In this document: positions 37,001-47,701 of the stretch, in pieces
Layout: each line of letters starts with the position of its first letter
Position numbering within the stretch: the stretch's first letter is position 1
Source of the DNA: Hormiphora californensis
Taxonomy: Eukaryota > Animalia > Ctenophora
Assembly (NCBI GenBank): GCA_020137815.1
Contig: CM035354.1
Location: forward strand, 7,502,001-7,566,000
Length of the DNA: 64,000 nucleotides
Direction of reading: 5' to 3'
The notes under the pieces: generated by a model
The model's database searches: none
Seen by the model: the letters and a program-made list of their open reading frames with translations, nothing else
Told to the model about the DNA's origin: nothing
Position numbers and translations under genes: made by a program

Positions 37001-39415
37001 AGTTGCAAAAATTGTGCAGGGGCAAACAAAATTGTGCAGGGGCAAAATTTTAATTACTTATAATTAATTGGATAATTAATTTTGACTATTCCCACTTTTT
37101 GTCAATCTTTCTATATGCATGAACTACATTACTACAAAATTTTAGGTCGTTATTTATAGCAGAACAGAAAATATACCATTTTTAGTTGCCTTGTTCAGGA
37201 AATGTGCAGGGGGTCGAAATCAGCGGTGCAGGGGAAAGATGGTGCAGGGGCAAAATTTTAATTACTTATAATTAATTAGTTAAATTAAAAATAAGAAATC
37301 CAGCCTTTTTATGACTCGTAGTTATACTACTAGAACATGCATACAAAGTTTCATTTCGAAAAAACAAACAGTTTGGCCACAGTTTGAATATCAAAATTGC
37401 AAAAAATGTGCAGGGGTATTTGCCCCTGTACATTTTCAAAAAAAGTGCAGGGGGCCCTAAAAAAGTCAATTTTTGCATGCCTATAACTAATTAATTAATT
37501 AATTTTCAATACTCCCACTTTTCGAATATCATTTTTTATGATTGAAGAACATTCCTACAAAGTTTCAAGTCGATATTTCAAGCAGAACGGAAGATAAACC
37601 GTGTGCAGGGGCACGCGTGCAGGGGCAAAAAATCGAAATGTACAGGGGCAATGTGCAGGGGCAAATTTTGATAGCTTATAATTAATTAATTAATTAAAAA
37701 ATCAAAAATCCGGCCACGTTATGACACGTAGTTATACTACTAGAACATGCCTACAAAATTTCAGGTCGATATCTCAAACGATGTGGCCGCAATCGCTGCC
37801 TGAAATTTGCCCCCCCCCCCCCCCCCCCCCCCCCCCCGAAAATCTTCTATTCTTCTGCAAAAGGCAAGCTTCCCCTCGTCCGACCCGAAGTTGCTAACAT
37901 ATAGTCCGATATTTAATAATGGGAACCGGGGGCGCGCATTAAACAAAATTCGATTTGACAAATATTCGTTTCTCGGTTCAGGATCTAATGGCACACTTTG
38001 TTTCGATTGTTAAAGTCCATTTATTTTTCACCCAAAAACTTAAATTTAAAACTTTTGTGGCGTGCGCTACACGTTAACTATATTGTTTATAGCAAGAAAG
38101 GACTATTTTACAACGAATTCCCTGGTTGCTATGGTAACCAACTCCGTTGTCATGGTAAATTAATCGAACTCTATCGAGTCTATCGCCAGCAACTGTATGA
38201 AACTTTCACAAAGGCTCAAAGTTTGAATATCAAATTTGCCAAAACTGTGCAGGGGCAAAAGTTTTAATTGATTATTATTAATTTATTAATTAGAAAATCA
38301 AAAATCCGGCTCCGTTATGACTCGTAGTTATACTACTAGAACATACATACACAGTTTCATTTCGAAAAAACAAACGGTTTGGCCACAGTTTGAATATCAA
38401 AGTTGCAAAAAATGTGCAGGGGCAAACAAAATTGTGCAGGGGCAAAAGTGTTAATTACTTATAATTAATTAATTAATTAAAAAATCAGAAATCCGGCTCT
38501 TTTATGACTCGTAGTTATACCACTAGAACATGCATGCAAAGTCTCATTTCGAAATATCAAACGGTGTGGCCACAGTTCGAATATCAAATTTACCAAAACT
38601 GTGCAGGGGCAACATTTGCCGCAAATGTACAGGGGCAAAATGTGCAGGGGCAAAATTTTAATTACTTATAATTAATTGGATAATTAATTTTGACTATTCC
38701 CACTTTTTGTCGATCTTTCTATATGCATGAACTACATTACTACAAAATGTTAGGTCGTTATTTATAGCAGAACAGAAAATATACCATTTTTAGTTGCCTT
38801 GTTCAGGAAATGTGCAGGGGGTCGAAATCAGCGGTGCAGGGGAAAGATGGTGCAGGGGCAAAATTTTAATTACTTATAATTAATTAGTTAAATTAAAAAT
38901 AAGAAATCCAGCCTTTTTATGACTCGTAGTTATACTACTAGAACATGCATACAAAGTTTCATTTCGAAAAAACAAACAGTTTGGCCACAGTTTGAATATC
39001 AAAATTGCAAAAAATGTGCAGGGGTATTTGCCCCTGTACATTTTCAAAAAAAGTGCAGGGGGCCCTAAAAAAGTCAATTTTTGCATGCCTATAACTAATT
39101 AATTAATTAATTTTCAATACTCCCACTTTTCGAATATCATTTTTTATGATTGAAGAACATTCCTACAAAGTTTCAAGTCGATATTTCAAGCAGAACGGAA
39201 GATAAACCGTGTGCAGGGGCACGCGTGCAGGGGCAAAAAATCGAAATGTACAGGGGCAATGTGCAGGGGCAAATTTTGATAGCTTATAATTAATTAATTA
39301 ATTAAAAAATCAAAAATCCGGCCACGTTATGACACGTAGTTATACTACTAGAACATGCCTACAAAATTTCAGGTCGATATCTCAAACGATGTGGCCGCAA
39401 TCGCTGCCTGAAATT

Positions 39416-39457
<42 letters not shown>

Positions 39458-40154
39458 AAAATCTTCTATTCTTTGTATATATAGGGCCGTCACTTTTTGG
39501 ATTTGGTGCAGGGGCAAAAATTTTTTTTTTCGTTTTTTCTGTTTTCTTCGGGTCGGAGGTGCCTGCCGGCACCTAAATAGGGCCGTCACTTTTTGGATTT
39601 GGTGCAGGGGCAAAAATTTTTTTTTTCGTTTTTTCTGTTTTCTTCGGGTCGGAGGTGCCTGCCGGCACCTAAATAGGCGCTGTCAGACTTAGCCCGCCTG
39701 ACCTGCCTTCGTGATTGAAGCAAATAGGGTCAGCAATTGCCTGACAGGGTTCACATGATGTGGTGGGGGGTGACAGATATAGGAACGATGAGGAAATAAA
39801 AAAAAAAAAAAAAAAACTCTTACTCCTCTTCATTAAAAATGAGTGTCCGCTGACACCCAATACCTTGAACCGTTCGACAGTATAGTACCAACAGTTTAAC
39901 CAGTACCAACTTTCCAGTACATAAACGTGTCCTGTTCATACCGCCTATAACATATGTTTCCCTTGCAGATAATCCAGACGATAAAAGAGATAAACCCAGA
40001 CTCTGGGCAGCGGATAGCGGCCATTGAGCAGGCGGAGAGGGAGAAATCGGAGAACAAGAGAAACAAGAACTCTCAGCTAGAGGAAGATCTGGTGAAACAA
40101 AAGGGGAAATTGAGATCTGTTGTTAACAGTAGCGAAGATATATCACTTTTGTGA
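25705..40154 (+). CDS. RNF207: RING finger protein 207 (RING, B-box, coiled coil), about 11 exons, last exon 39970-40154
   Basis: CPSC..PRLLPCLHSICVKC..CPVC; CANCD; PLCIECRDATHAAKMFARHDVV; CTIHNEPF; LLCISCFRE..HCLDIESAY; KDQVQELHRDIT; YLITLVKQLTPF. All match remembered RNF207 motifs, and GT-AG phases are consistent. Confidence 0.9.
27531..28920. mobile_element. 1390-bp foldback DNA element with ~600-bp TIRs (TTAA TSD, GGG..CCC ends; Kolobok-like), intronic
   Basis: TTAA|GGGTACGCTAACC...GGTTAGCGTACCC|TTAA; mirror-image ORFs in the ORF track. Confidence 0.9.
31157..32103. mobile_element. Foldback element with ~310-bp TIRs, TAG...CTA ends and AAG flanks (Academ-like), intronic
   Basis: AAG|TAGTAGAGTCGATAAG...CTTATCGACTCTACTA|AAG. 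A TA TSD is an alternative reading. Confidence 0.8.
33287..33432. mobile_element. MITE, AAGTCGG family (short subtype), a few nt after an RNF207 splice donor
   Basis: TIRs plus TA TSD; near-identical to 54965-55115. Confidence 0.9.
34538..39676 (+). mobile_element. Tandem array (3 units of ~1.4-1.9 kb) of a Helentron/HINE-like non-autonomous element in the last RNF207 intron
   Basis: Units start with ...TCCGACCCGAAG (34567, ~36480, ~37879). The array ends with the inverted CTTCGGGTCGGA plus hairpin AGGTGCC-TGCC-GGCACCT (twice, a 96-bp duplication). Internal TGTGCAGGGGCAAA subrepeats and poly-C tracts. Confidence 0.65.
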
Positions 40155-40182
40155 GAGAGAGGAACATAGATAGAGGTGAAGA

Positions 40183-40218
<36 letters not shown>

Positions 40219-40448
40219 TTCAGTCGAATCTAAAAGTAGAATTTAACGATTCATCTCTTTTTTTCTTTTTCTAAAGCTTACGCTTTGCGTCATAATTATA
40301 GTCGACGCTTACCATTGGTTGATACAACTCCGTTTGGCTGTCGACCATCCAGTACTCTCTATTTCTGTCTGTAACCACTCCCGCAGCCATTTAACGTCGC
40401 CTAACACTTTCGTAACTCCGCATATAATTTTGTTTTCATATCTCTTAA

Positions 40449-41838
40449 GGGTACACCGACCGAAATTTTTTGTCGAGTGCAGGGCAATCTCTCACCGTAG
40501 GGTTGTAGGCCATGCCAAGGAGACCTCAAATATGCAATTTGAGCTCTCAAGTCGAATTCATATTTTTGCTACAGCTGTTTAAAAAATGTCCTGTAAATTC
40601 GTTTTTGGCATCTCAAAAAAATTTTTTTAAAGATAGGAGCATGAAAATTTGGGGATTTGAAGAGGACATGAAGGTGAATAACCACAAAAAATTTTTTTGC
40701 AATCCGAGCTGATTTCCGGTCCTGAGATGGATTTCTTTTTTTCCACTTTAACGCCCTATTTGGCAAAGTTCCGAAAACATGTGAAAGCTGTAAATTGGTG
40801 AAAAGTTGCGTCTAACGATTATCTAAGTGGCCATAAATTTTGGGCGTATCCTTATTTGAGATAAGCTGTACAGAGTTTTTTTTGTGAAAGCCGTCATTTC
40901 AGAAATAAATAAATTCCCTGTATCTCAAAAACGGCTGATCGTAGAGACCTGAGACTATGCTTAAACGATTCAGAAGGTCCGATTTTCGGGGGGTCTTCTG
41001 AGAGACATTTTGCTCCTACTTCAACCGTTTTTGCTGTAACTGCGAAAAACAAATTCTATGAAAAGGGCAAAAGCTAAACTCCAATATCCTGTAATTAGGG
41101 AATTTTGGCTAGGAAAGGACCGAAACGATGGAAAAATGTGTAACAAGCTAATTCCTTCACTATTTGGTCCATATGGGTCCCTATAATCACCAAAAACAAA
41201 ATCACAAAAAATCCACGATGGCGAAGATGAATTTTTGTTTTTCGCAATTACAGCAAAAACGGTTGAAGTAGGAGCAAAATGTCTCTCAGAAGACCCCCCG
41301 AAAATCGGACCTTCTGAATCGTTTAAGCATAGTCTCAGGTCTCTACGATCAGCCGTTTTTGAGATACAGGGAATTTATTTATTTCTGAAATGACGGCTTT
41401 CACAAAAAAAACTCTGTACAGCTTATCTCAAATAAGGATACGCCCAAAATTTATGGCCACTTAGATAATCGTTAGACGCAACTTTTCACCAATTTACAGC
41501 TTTCACATGTTTTCGGAACTTTGCCAAATAGGGCGTTAAAGTGGAAAAAAAGAAATCCATCTCAGGACCGGAAATCAGCTCGGACTGCAAAAAAATTTTT
41601 TGTGGTTATTCACCTTCATGTCCTCTTCAAATCCCCAAATTTTCATGCTCCTATCTTTAAAAAAATTTTTTTGAGATGCCAAAAACGAATTTACAGGACA
41701 TTTTTTAAACAGCTGTAGCAAAAATATGAATTCGACTTGAGAGCTCAAATTGCATATTTGAGGTCTCCTTGGCATGGCCTACAACCCTACGGTGAGAGAT
41801 TGCCCTGCACTCGACAAAAAATTTCGGTCGGTGTACCC
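40449..41838. mobile_element. Second copy of the 1390-bp TTAA foldback element
   Basis: TTAA|GGGTACACCGACC...GGTCGGTGTACCC|TTAA; same length and spacer as 27531-28920. Confidence 0.9.
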
Positions 41839-42370
41839 TTAATAACGCACAGCGCATAGTAAGCTAAATCTTGGTGTAAACAAAGGAGAAATCATATATA
41901 GAATACGTGGGTCCGACAGGTGGTTTGTCGGGTAGTTTTGAGAAAAACCTATCAAGTTTTGCTTTTGGCTTGCTTCTTTACCTCGGTCGACTGTGATGTT
42001 TGAGAGAGTGAGAAACAGAGACAGAGACAGAGAGAGTCAGAGATATAGGTGTTCTAGAAGTTTTTCCTGTAAATATCACACTGCACTGTTTTCGACATAC
42101 TAAACATGCTTTGCTTTCATTCCATTTTTCTACATCCAATGTGTACCTATTTGTGTATTTTGTTTTGATATTTTTACTGCTTTTCTATAACTCCGGTAAG
42201 CTGTCAAGTGTTTACTATGTAACGTTCTCTCCATACCACTGCTGTAATTCTCTCAGCCCTAATTCTCTGTTGAACCCCCTCTCCGCCCTTCACCTAACAA
42301 ACCTCTCTCTGACATATCTCATCCAATAACCCTCTCCAATATTCCCCCTTTCTAACGCACCCCCATCATA

Positions 42371-43013
42371 CAGGGTGTTCATTTTGGATCTTTACAAGCG
42401 TTGGGCTTCACCCAGAAAAAAGTTGACAAGATTAGGTCATGAAACTTCATACTTGGACTATTCTATACCCTCATTCAAGGTTCCTGGGGTTTTTGGAGCT
42501 TTAGGACACCAGGAAGTGTGTTTTTGGCATCAAAACTACCAGAAGGAATTTTTTGCTGGTGCTGAGACTTTGCTAAAATGTTTTTTGGGTATTTTGAATT
42601 TTCTATGTCAATCCTAAAGTTTCATAGAGATCGGATGTGTTTTTCAGACTCAAAATTTCGTAAAAGTGGCTAGAAAGACTCAAATTTAGCCGTTTTTGAG
42701 CTGTTTTCGAGCCTTTCCAGCCACTTTTATCGAAATTTTGAGTTCGAAAAACACATCCAATCTCTATGAAACTTTAGGATTGACATAGAAATTACCCAAA
42801 AAACATTTTAGCAAAGTCTCAGCACCAGCAAAAAATTCCTTCTGGTAGTTTTGATGCCAAAAACACACTTTCCGGGGTGCTAGAGCTCCAAAAACCCTAG
42901 GAACCTTGAATGAGGGTATAGAATAGTCCAAGTATGAAGTTTCATGACCTGATCTTGTCAACTGTTTTATGGGTGAAGGCCAACGCTTGTAAAGATCCAA
43001 AATGAACACCCAG
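42371..43013. mobile_element. Tc1/mariner-type foldback MITE, almost entirely palindromic
   Basis: TA|CAGGGTGTTCATTTTGGATC...GATCCAAAATGAACACCCAG|TA; mirror ORFs. Confidence 0.85.
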
Positions 43014-43071
43014 TACAATATCTAGCCCCACCCCCCTCTCTAACTAACCCCCTCCAATATATCTAGCCCCC

Positions 43072-45663
43072 ATGGCGGTATCCTTCAAGGTTGCTGTTCC
43101 CTGTGACTTTGGCGTGGAACACCTCCTCGACCCACTACACAACAACATCACAATCCACATAGCAGACGGTTCTACCATCATGGTCAATAGCATGGTTCTG
43201 TGTTACAATAGCCCAGCATTCCGGGAACACATCCTAGCGATGAGCCTCCAAATAACAGAGGAACCTCCGCAAACAGTCCGAGATTTTGTCAAGTGTTTGT
43301 ACTGTGGTCTTCCCAGTGGCACCGATATGGGCGGGGTGAAGAGACTAGCTGCTAAATTCCAGGTGTTTTGGTTGAACAAAGCAATTAACAACAGGGTTGC
43401 AGCGGCCATCAGCAGCATCAAAGTGATAACAGATACTCAGCCGGTGAATCTAACCACTTTCCGGAGTATCCTCCAATTCAGTACAGTATTCCCAGAGAAA
43501 CGGGAGAAGGGGTTCCTTGTACCCCTCGCTGAGCAAATCAACAACATCCCACACCCGGAGAAGGGTACCCAGTTTATCAAACCATTCCTGGAATCCCTCC
43601 AGCCAGGGGAGGAGACCTTCCTACTCCGTGTTGTATCAGGATGTGTGTCTGTAGTTGTGAGGTTCCTAATGATTCGTATCAAGGAATCGGGGAGGTTGGA
43701 TGAGTTGACATGGTTGTTACTTCGGAGGTTGAATATTGCTGAGGTTCTGGCTAAGGATGAGGTCCTATATGACGAGCTGTTTGATTTGTTGCTGGAGGAG
43801 ATGGAGAAGAAGTTGCTACCGGGGGAGTATAAGGAGTTGAGTAGGTTGAACAGAGCCACCACTCGACAATGTAGACAGGAGCAATCCTCTCCAGCAAACA
43901 AGAGACCCTGTCTCCTGTCTCCTGCATCATCTCTTCCCAGTATTAAATCTGAACCTGCTGAAGTCGCAGGTGCCTGCAACAACGCAGGGTTGGAAACACC
44001 TGAGACATCTGTAGAGGAAGATCCAGGACACCCTCTGACGTCCCCATCCTCCCCTGACAGACACCATCAAAAGTGCCCTGAACTTCAGACGTCCCCATCT
44101 TCCCCTGACCCTCAGACGTCCCCATCCTCCCCTGACCCTCAGACATCCCCATCTCCTGAAGCCTCATGTGATACTGGGGTTATGTCAGAAACTGTCCTAA
44201 CCACTTCCACCCCACCTACAAGCTGCAGTGATCTTGGAACTACTAGTGGTGTAACTACTAGTGGTGTAACTAATCACGAATCAAATGTTAAGAGCCGTTC
44301 CAGTTCGGGTGAATCAGGTATCAGTAGTAACTCTGGAGAATCACTCCTAAGTGATGGTAGTAGTGTTAACATGGTAGATACCCTAGAGGAGAGGGAGATA
44401 GCACGAATGATGGCACCTGATGTGACAACCTACGCCAACTGCCCAGAAGACATCTGGGAGCAAGATGTGGGAGAGTTAGATTTCTCATTCGAAGAACCCG
44501 GCAATGAGCCAACTACTGCTACTACTGCAGTATCAGGAGATAGTATTGAGGAAGAGGAGGAGGATGTAGATGTAGAGGGAGAGGACGCTCCCATGGGGAC
44601 AGAGGTAACTCAGGAGACAGAGGGGACTGAGGGGACTGAAGAGGAGTGTGGTGTCAATACATCTTATACCTCAGTTGCAGTTGGCACATCTCCCATGTAC
44701 CCTGGTGAATGTCCCCTGACACCACCCATCCTATCACCTCTCCTACCCACTCCACCCAGCAGAAAGTCCTTCTACAACGTCCAGGAGTATGATCTATCCC
44801 GGATGAGGATCCCCAAAAGATCCGGGGATGCAACACTAACCTCAGATATTGCGGAGGATAACTTAATTCCAAACCTCTTTCACGAGATTCCTCTCAAGGT
44901 TAGGAGCCACAAGGCACTGTTTGACCACCTGGACGCCCACGCGGTTAACATGCATCATTGGTTAGAAGGAGTCCAATACTTTAACGATCAATTCTACTCT
45001 GACAGGATCAGGACACCTTTCTTCCAGCTCAAATATTCCATCAGATACAAGAAAGCATCAAGCAAACTTGGGAAAATGTCCTTTAAATTTGTGCAACTAA
45101 TGCAGGATGCCTCAAATGATTATTACATTAAGAGAGCCAAGTTGATGCGGGACCTATACCCTTTGCCCGGTGACTGTGATATGAGACTAATAGCAGCGAG
45201 GACCCACTCTGGAGCACACCCAACCGTCAGCTCATTCTTCTTCTATGAGAGCACGTATTGGTTCCCAGCCAAGAGCATCCTAGCAGGGTCTGAGAAGTGC
45301 ACCATACCTGGCAGCTGCTCCTTCATGCTGAAAGTCACTCCTCTCAGCTCAGAGAACCCGGATAACTTCTCTATTTCCCTGGTAAAAGATCCCCGGGAGT
45401 ACCCTAAGGGTCTCCATACCCATACCCGCATTAGGGCACGAGACATGCATTTCTTGTTGTCATTTGAGTCCCAACAGGATACCTCATCTGATTATGTGTT
45501 GTGTGTGGGACTCAGTTGGTCAGGGAGACCTCATGTTGTTGATAAAGGTGGGGTGAAGTATGTGCAGTGGGGTGATGTCCTGTTGGAACCTTCAACCACT
45601 ATCAAGATCGGGGTGACTGTCAGGGGGACTAGAGTAATGGCAAGGAGGTCTTCTAGGAAATAG
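43072..45663 (+). CDS. Intronless 863-aa protein: N-terminal BTB/POZ-like domain, S/T/E-rich disordered middle, Cys/His-containing C-terminal domain
   Basis: Long open ORF; ITIHIADGSTIMVNSMVLCYNSPAF..VRDFVKCLY..LAAKFQVFWL is BTB-like. Contains QTSPSSPD repeats. Confidence 0.75.
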   Translation: MAVSFKVAVPCDFGVEHLLDPLHNNITIHIADGSTIMVNSMVLCYNSPAFREHILAMSLQITEEPPQTVRDFVKCLYCGLPSGTDMGGVKRLAAKFQVFWLNKAINNRVAAAISSIKVITDTQPVNLTTFRSILQFSTVFPEKREKGFLVPLAEQINNIPHPEKGTQFIKPFLESLQPGEETFLLRVVSGCVSVVVRFLMIRIKESGRLDELTWLLLRRLNIAEVLAKDEVLYDELFDLLLEEMEKKLLPGEYKELSRLNRATTRQCRQEQSSPANKRPCLLSPASSLPSIKSEPAEVAGACNNAGLETPETSVEEDPGHPLTSPSSPDRHHQKCPELQTSPSSPDPQTSPSSPDPQTSPSPEASCDTGVMSETVLTTSTPPTSCSDLGTTSGVTTSGVTNHESNVKSRSSSGESGISSNSGESLLSDGSSVNMVDTLEEREIARMMAPDVTTYANCPEDIWEQDVGELDFSFEEPGNEPTTATTAVSGDSIEEEEEDVDVEGEDAPMGTEVTQETEGTEGTEEECGVNTSYTSVAVGTSPMYPGECPLTPPILSPLLPTPPSRKSFYNVQEYDLSRMRIPKRSGDATLTSDIAEDNLIPNLFHEIPLKVRSHKALFDHLDAHAVNMHHWLEGVQYFNDQFYSDRIRTPFFQLKYSIRYKKASSKLGKMSFKFVQLMQDASNDYYIKRAKLMRDLYPLPGDCDMRLIAARTHSGAHPTVSSFFFYESTYWFPAKSILAGSEKCTIPGSCSFMLKVTPLSSENPDNFSISLVKDPREYPKGLHTHTRIRARDMHFLLSFESQQDTSSDYVLCVGLSWSGRPHVVDKGGVKYVQWGDVLLEPSTTIKIGVTVRGTRVMARRSSRK

Positions 45664-46136
45664 CATGAACAATATATTGGGTACGATGTCCCACCATCTC
45701 TTTCCTGTTTCTATCACAAACTGTGAGGGTGCACCGTACTCAATAAACAATAATGCTGTATATGTCGGGTAATTTATAAGAGCTATATTATTTTTATGTG
45801 TGAAATCTATCGGGGCACTTTTGTTGTTTTTAACTTTTTAAAGAACTAAATGTTTAACAATTAAACAACGCGTAGTTCGAATTTTACAATAAATAAATCA
45901 TATTTTTACTTTGCATGCATGAAACTATTTTTAAATGTTGCTGAGTTGTACAACTATATATCGGGCTATGTTTGATTGAATGTTGATTTTATATGTGTGT
46001 TTTAAAATAAACTATGCTATAATCTAATTTAATATTTTATTAAGTATTTAATCGAAGCCCCGCTGTTTGATTCCACCCCCTTTATAAATAAATCCCCAAA
46101 TAACTCCCCCTCACTTCCCCTCTATAGATATCACCC

Positions 46137-47168
46137 ATGATGGCTGAATCTTTTGATTTCGAGCCCACAATTGCCAATATCCTCGAACAAAAGGAGCTCA
46201 AATGGATCTTTGTCGGAGGGAAGGGTGGGGTTGGGAAAACATCTGTTAGCTGCAGTCTGGCCGTCCAACTATCTAAATGCCACTCTTCAGTCCTTCTGAT
46301 ATCAACAGATCCCGCCCACAACATCGCTGACTCCTTTGAGCAGCAGTTCACACGGACCCCTACCCCAGTAAAGGGTGTTCCGAATCTGCAAGCGATGGAG
46401 GTTGATTCCTCACCCCCAGAGGAAGGGATGGAGGAAGTGTTCGCGGAGGGAGGGGGCAGTGAGGAGCAGCACAATCTAATGAGGAGCATCATGAAGGATG
46501 TTGTTGGAAATTTGCCAGGTCTTGATGAGTTTATTGCCCTGACAAACATCTTCAAGATCGTGGACACCCATCATTTTGATGTGGTCGTGTTTGATACAGC
46601 CCCTACTGGGCACACACTCCGACTGTTGTCCATCCCTCAGAGTATTGGGAAGGTGCTGAGACAGCTGGTGCAGATGAAATCCTGGATGGGCGGGATCATG
46701 AACAGTTTGTCTGGGTCCCTAGGTATGAATAATGTTAATATCGACTACATAGATGATCTCCTCCCTCTAGTTGAGAGACTTGATAAAGAGCTGAAGAACC
46801 CCGATCTGACTACATTTGTGTGTGTCTGCATCCCCGAGTTCCTATCTCTCTACGAAACTGAGCGGCTGATTCAGAAGCTAACCGCCCTTGATATAGACAC
46901 TCATAACGTTGTTGTGAACCAGGTTATGTACCCAGATCGTGATAGCGAGGGGTGCCCCTCTTGTGCTCTCTGTGCCTCGAGGACCAACATGCAGAAGAAA
47001 TATCTGGACCAAATCGCGGATTTATACGAGGATTTTCATGTTGTGAAGATGCCCCTAATGCCTGTCGAGGTAAAGGGTGTCCCGATGTTACAGCGGTTTG
47101 GGAAGTTCCTGCAAGCACCGCCTGACATGGCAAAGTTATCAATTCACGATCTGGTGAAGGATTTGTGA
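46137..47168 (+). CDS. ASNA1: GET3/TRC40/ASNA1 ATPase (tail-anchored protein targeting), intronless CDS
   Basis: KWIFVGGKGGVGKT, STDPAHN, FDTAPTGHTLRLL, CIPEFLSLYETERL, CxxC and YEDFHVVKMPL. Confidence 0.97.
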   Translation: MMAESFDFEPTIANILEQKELKWIFVGGKGGVGKTSVSCSLAVQLSKCHSSVLLISTDPAHNIADSFEQQFTRTPTPVKGVPNLQAMEVDSSPPEEGMEEVFAEGGGSEEQHNLMRSIMKDVVGNLPGLDEFIALTNIFKIVDTHHFDVVVFDTAPTGHTLRLLSIPQSIGKVLRQLVQMKSWMGGIMNSLSGSLGMNNVNIDYIDDLLPLVERLDKELKNPDLTTFVCVCIPEFLSLYETERLIQKLTALDIDTHNVVVNQVMYPDRDSEGCPSCALCASRTNMQKKYLDQIADLYEDFHVVKMPLMPVEVKGVPMLQRFGKFLQAPPDMAKLSIHDLVKDL

Positions 47169-47701
47169 GATCTGTGTCGTGTGTATTTATAACTGTAGGG
47201 CGCGATGTGTTCTGTTTAGGGTGCTGTGCGCGTTTTGACCTCCCACGCGCGTTCGTTTAGAAAAGTGTCCACGAATTGTGAAGTGGGCTCCATGACGCAC
47301 TGTTTCCCAGTATTGAGTTTTCCATTTCCGAAGAGCTATTCCCTGTGTATTTTCTCGCTCCCCCATCTCTCTCTTTATCTCATTGTTTGCTTTGAGTTCC
47401 ACTGTATCGGTGTCCCCTGATCTTTTGACTCTTTCCTGATTTTCCTTCAACCCCCATCCGCAACTTGTTGTACCAACTCTCAAAACCCCTCCCCCTCAGT
47501 CTCCACTTGTTTTACCACCCTCTTTACCACCCTTTCTTCCCTTGTTCCAACTACCCCCTATCAGTCTCTCCCTTGTTTTACCACCCTCTCCCTTGTTTAA
47601 CCGCCCTTCTCTCTCCCTTGTTCTACCACCCTTCTCTACCCTTGTTTTATCACCCTCTCTCCCCGTATTTTAGCATGACAGATGGATGATGCACTGTAGT
47701 A

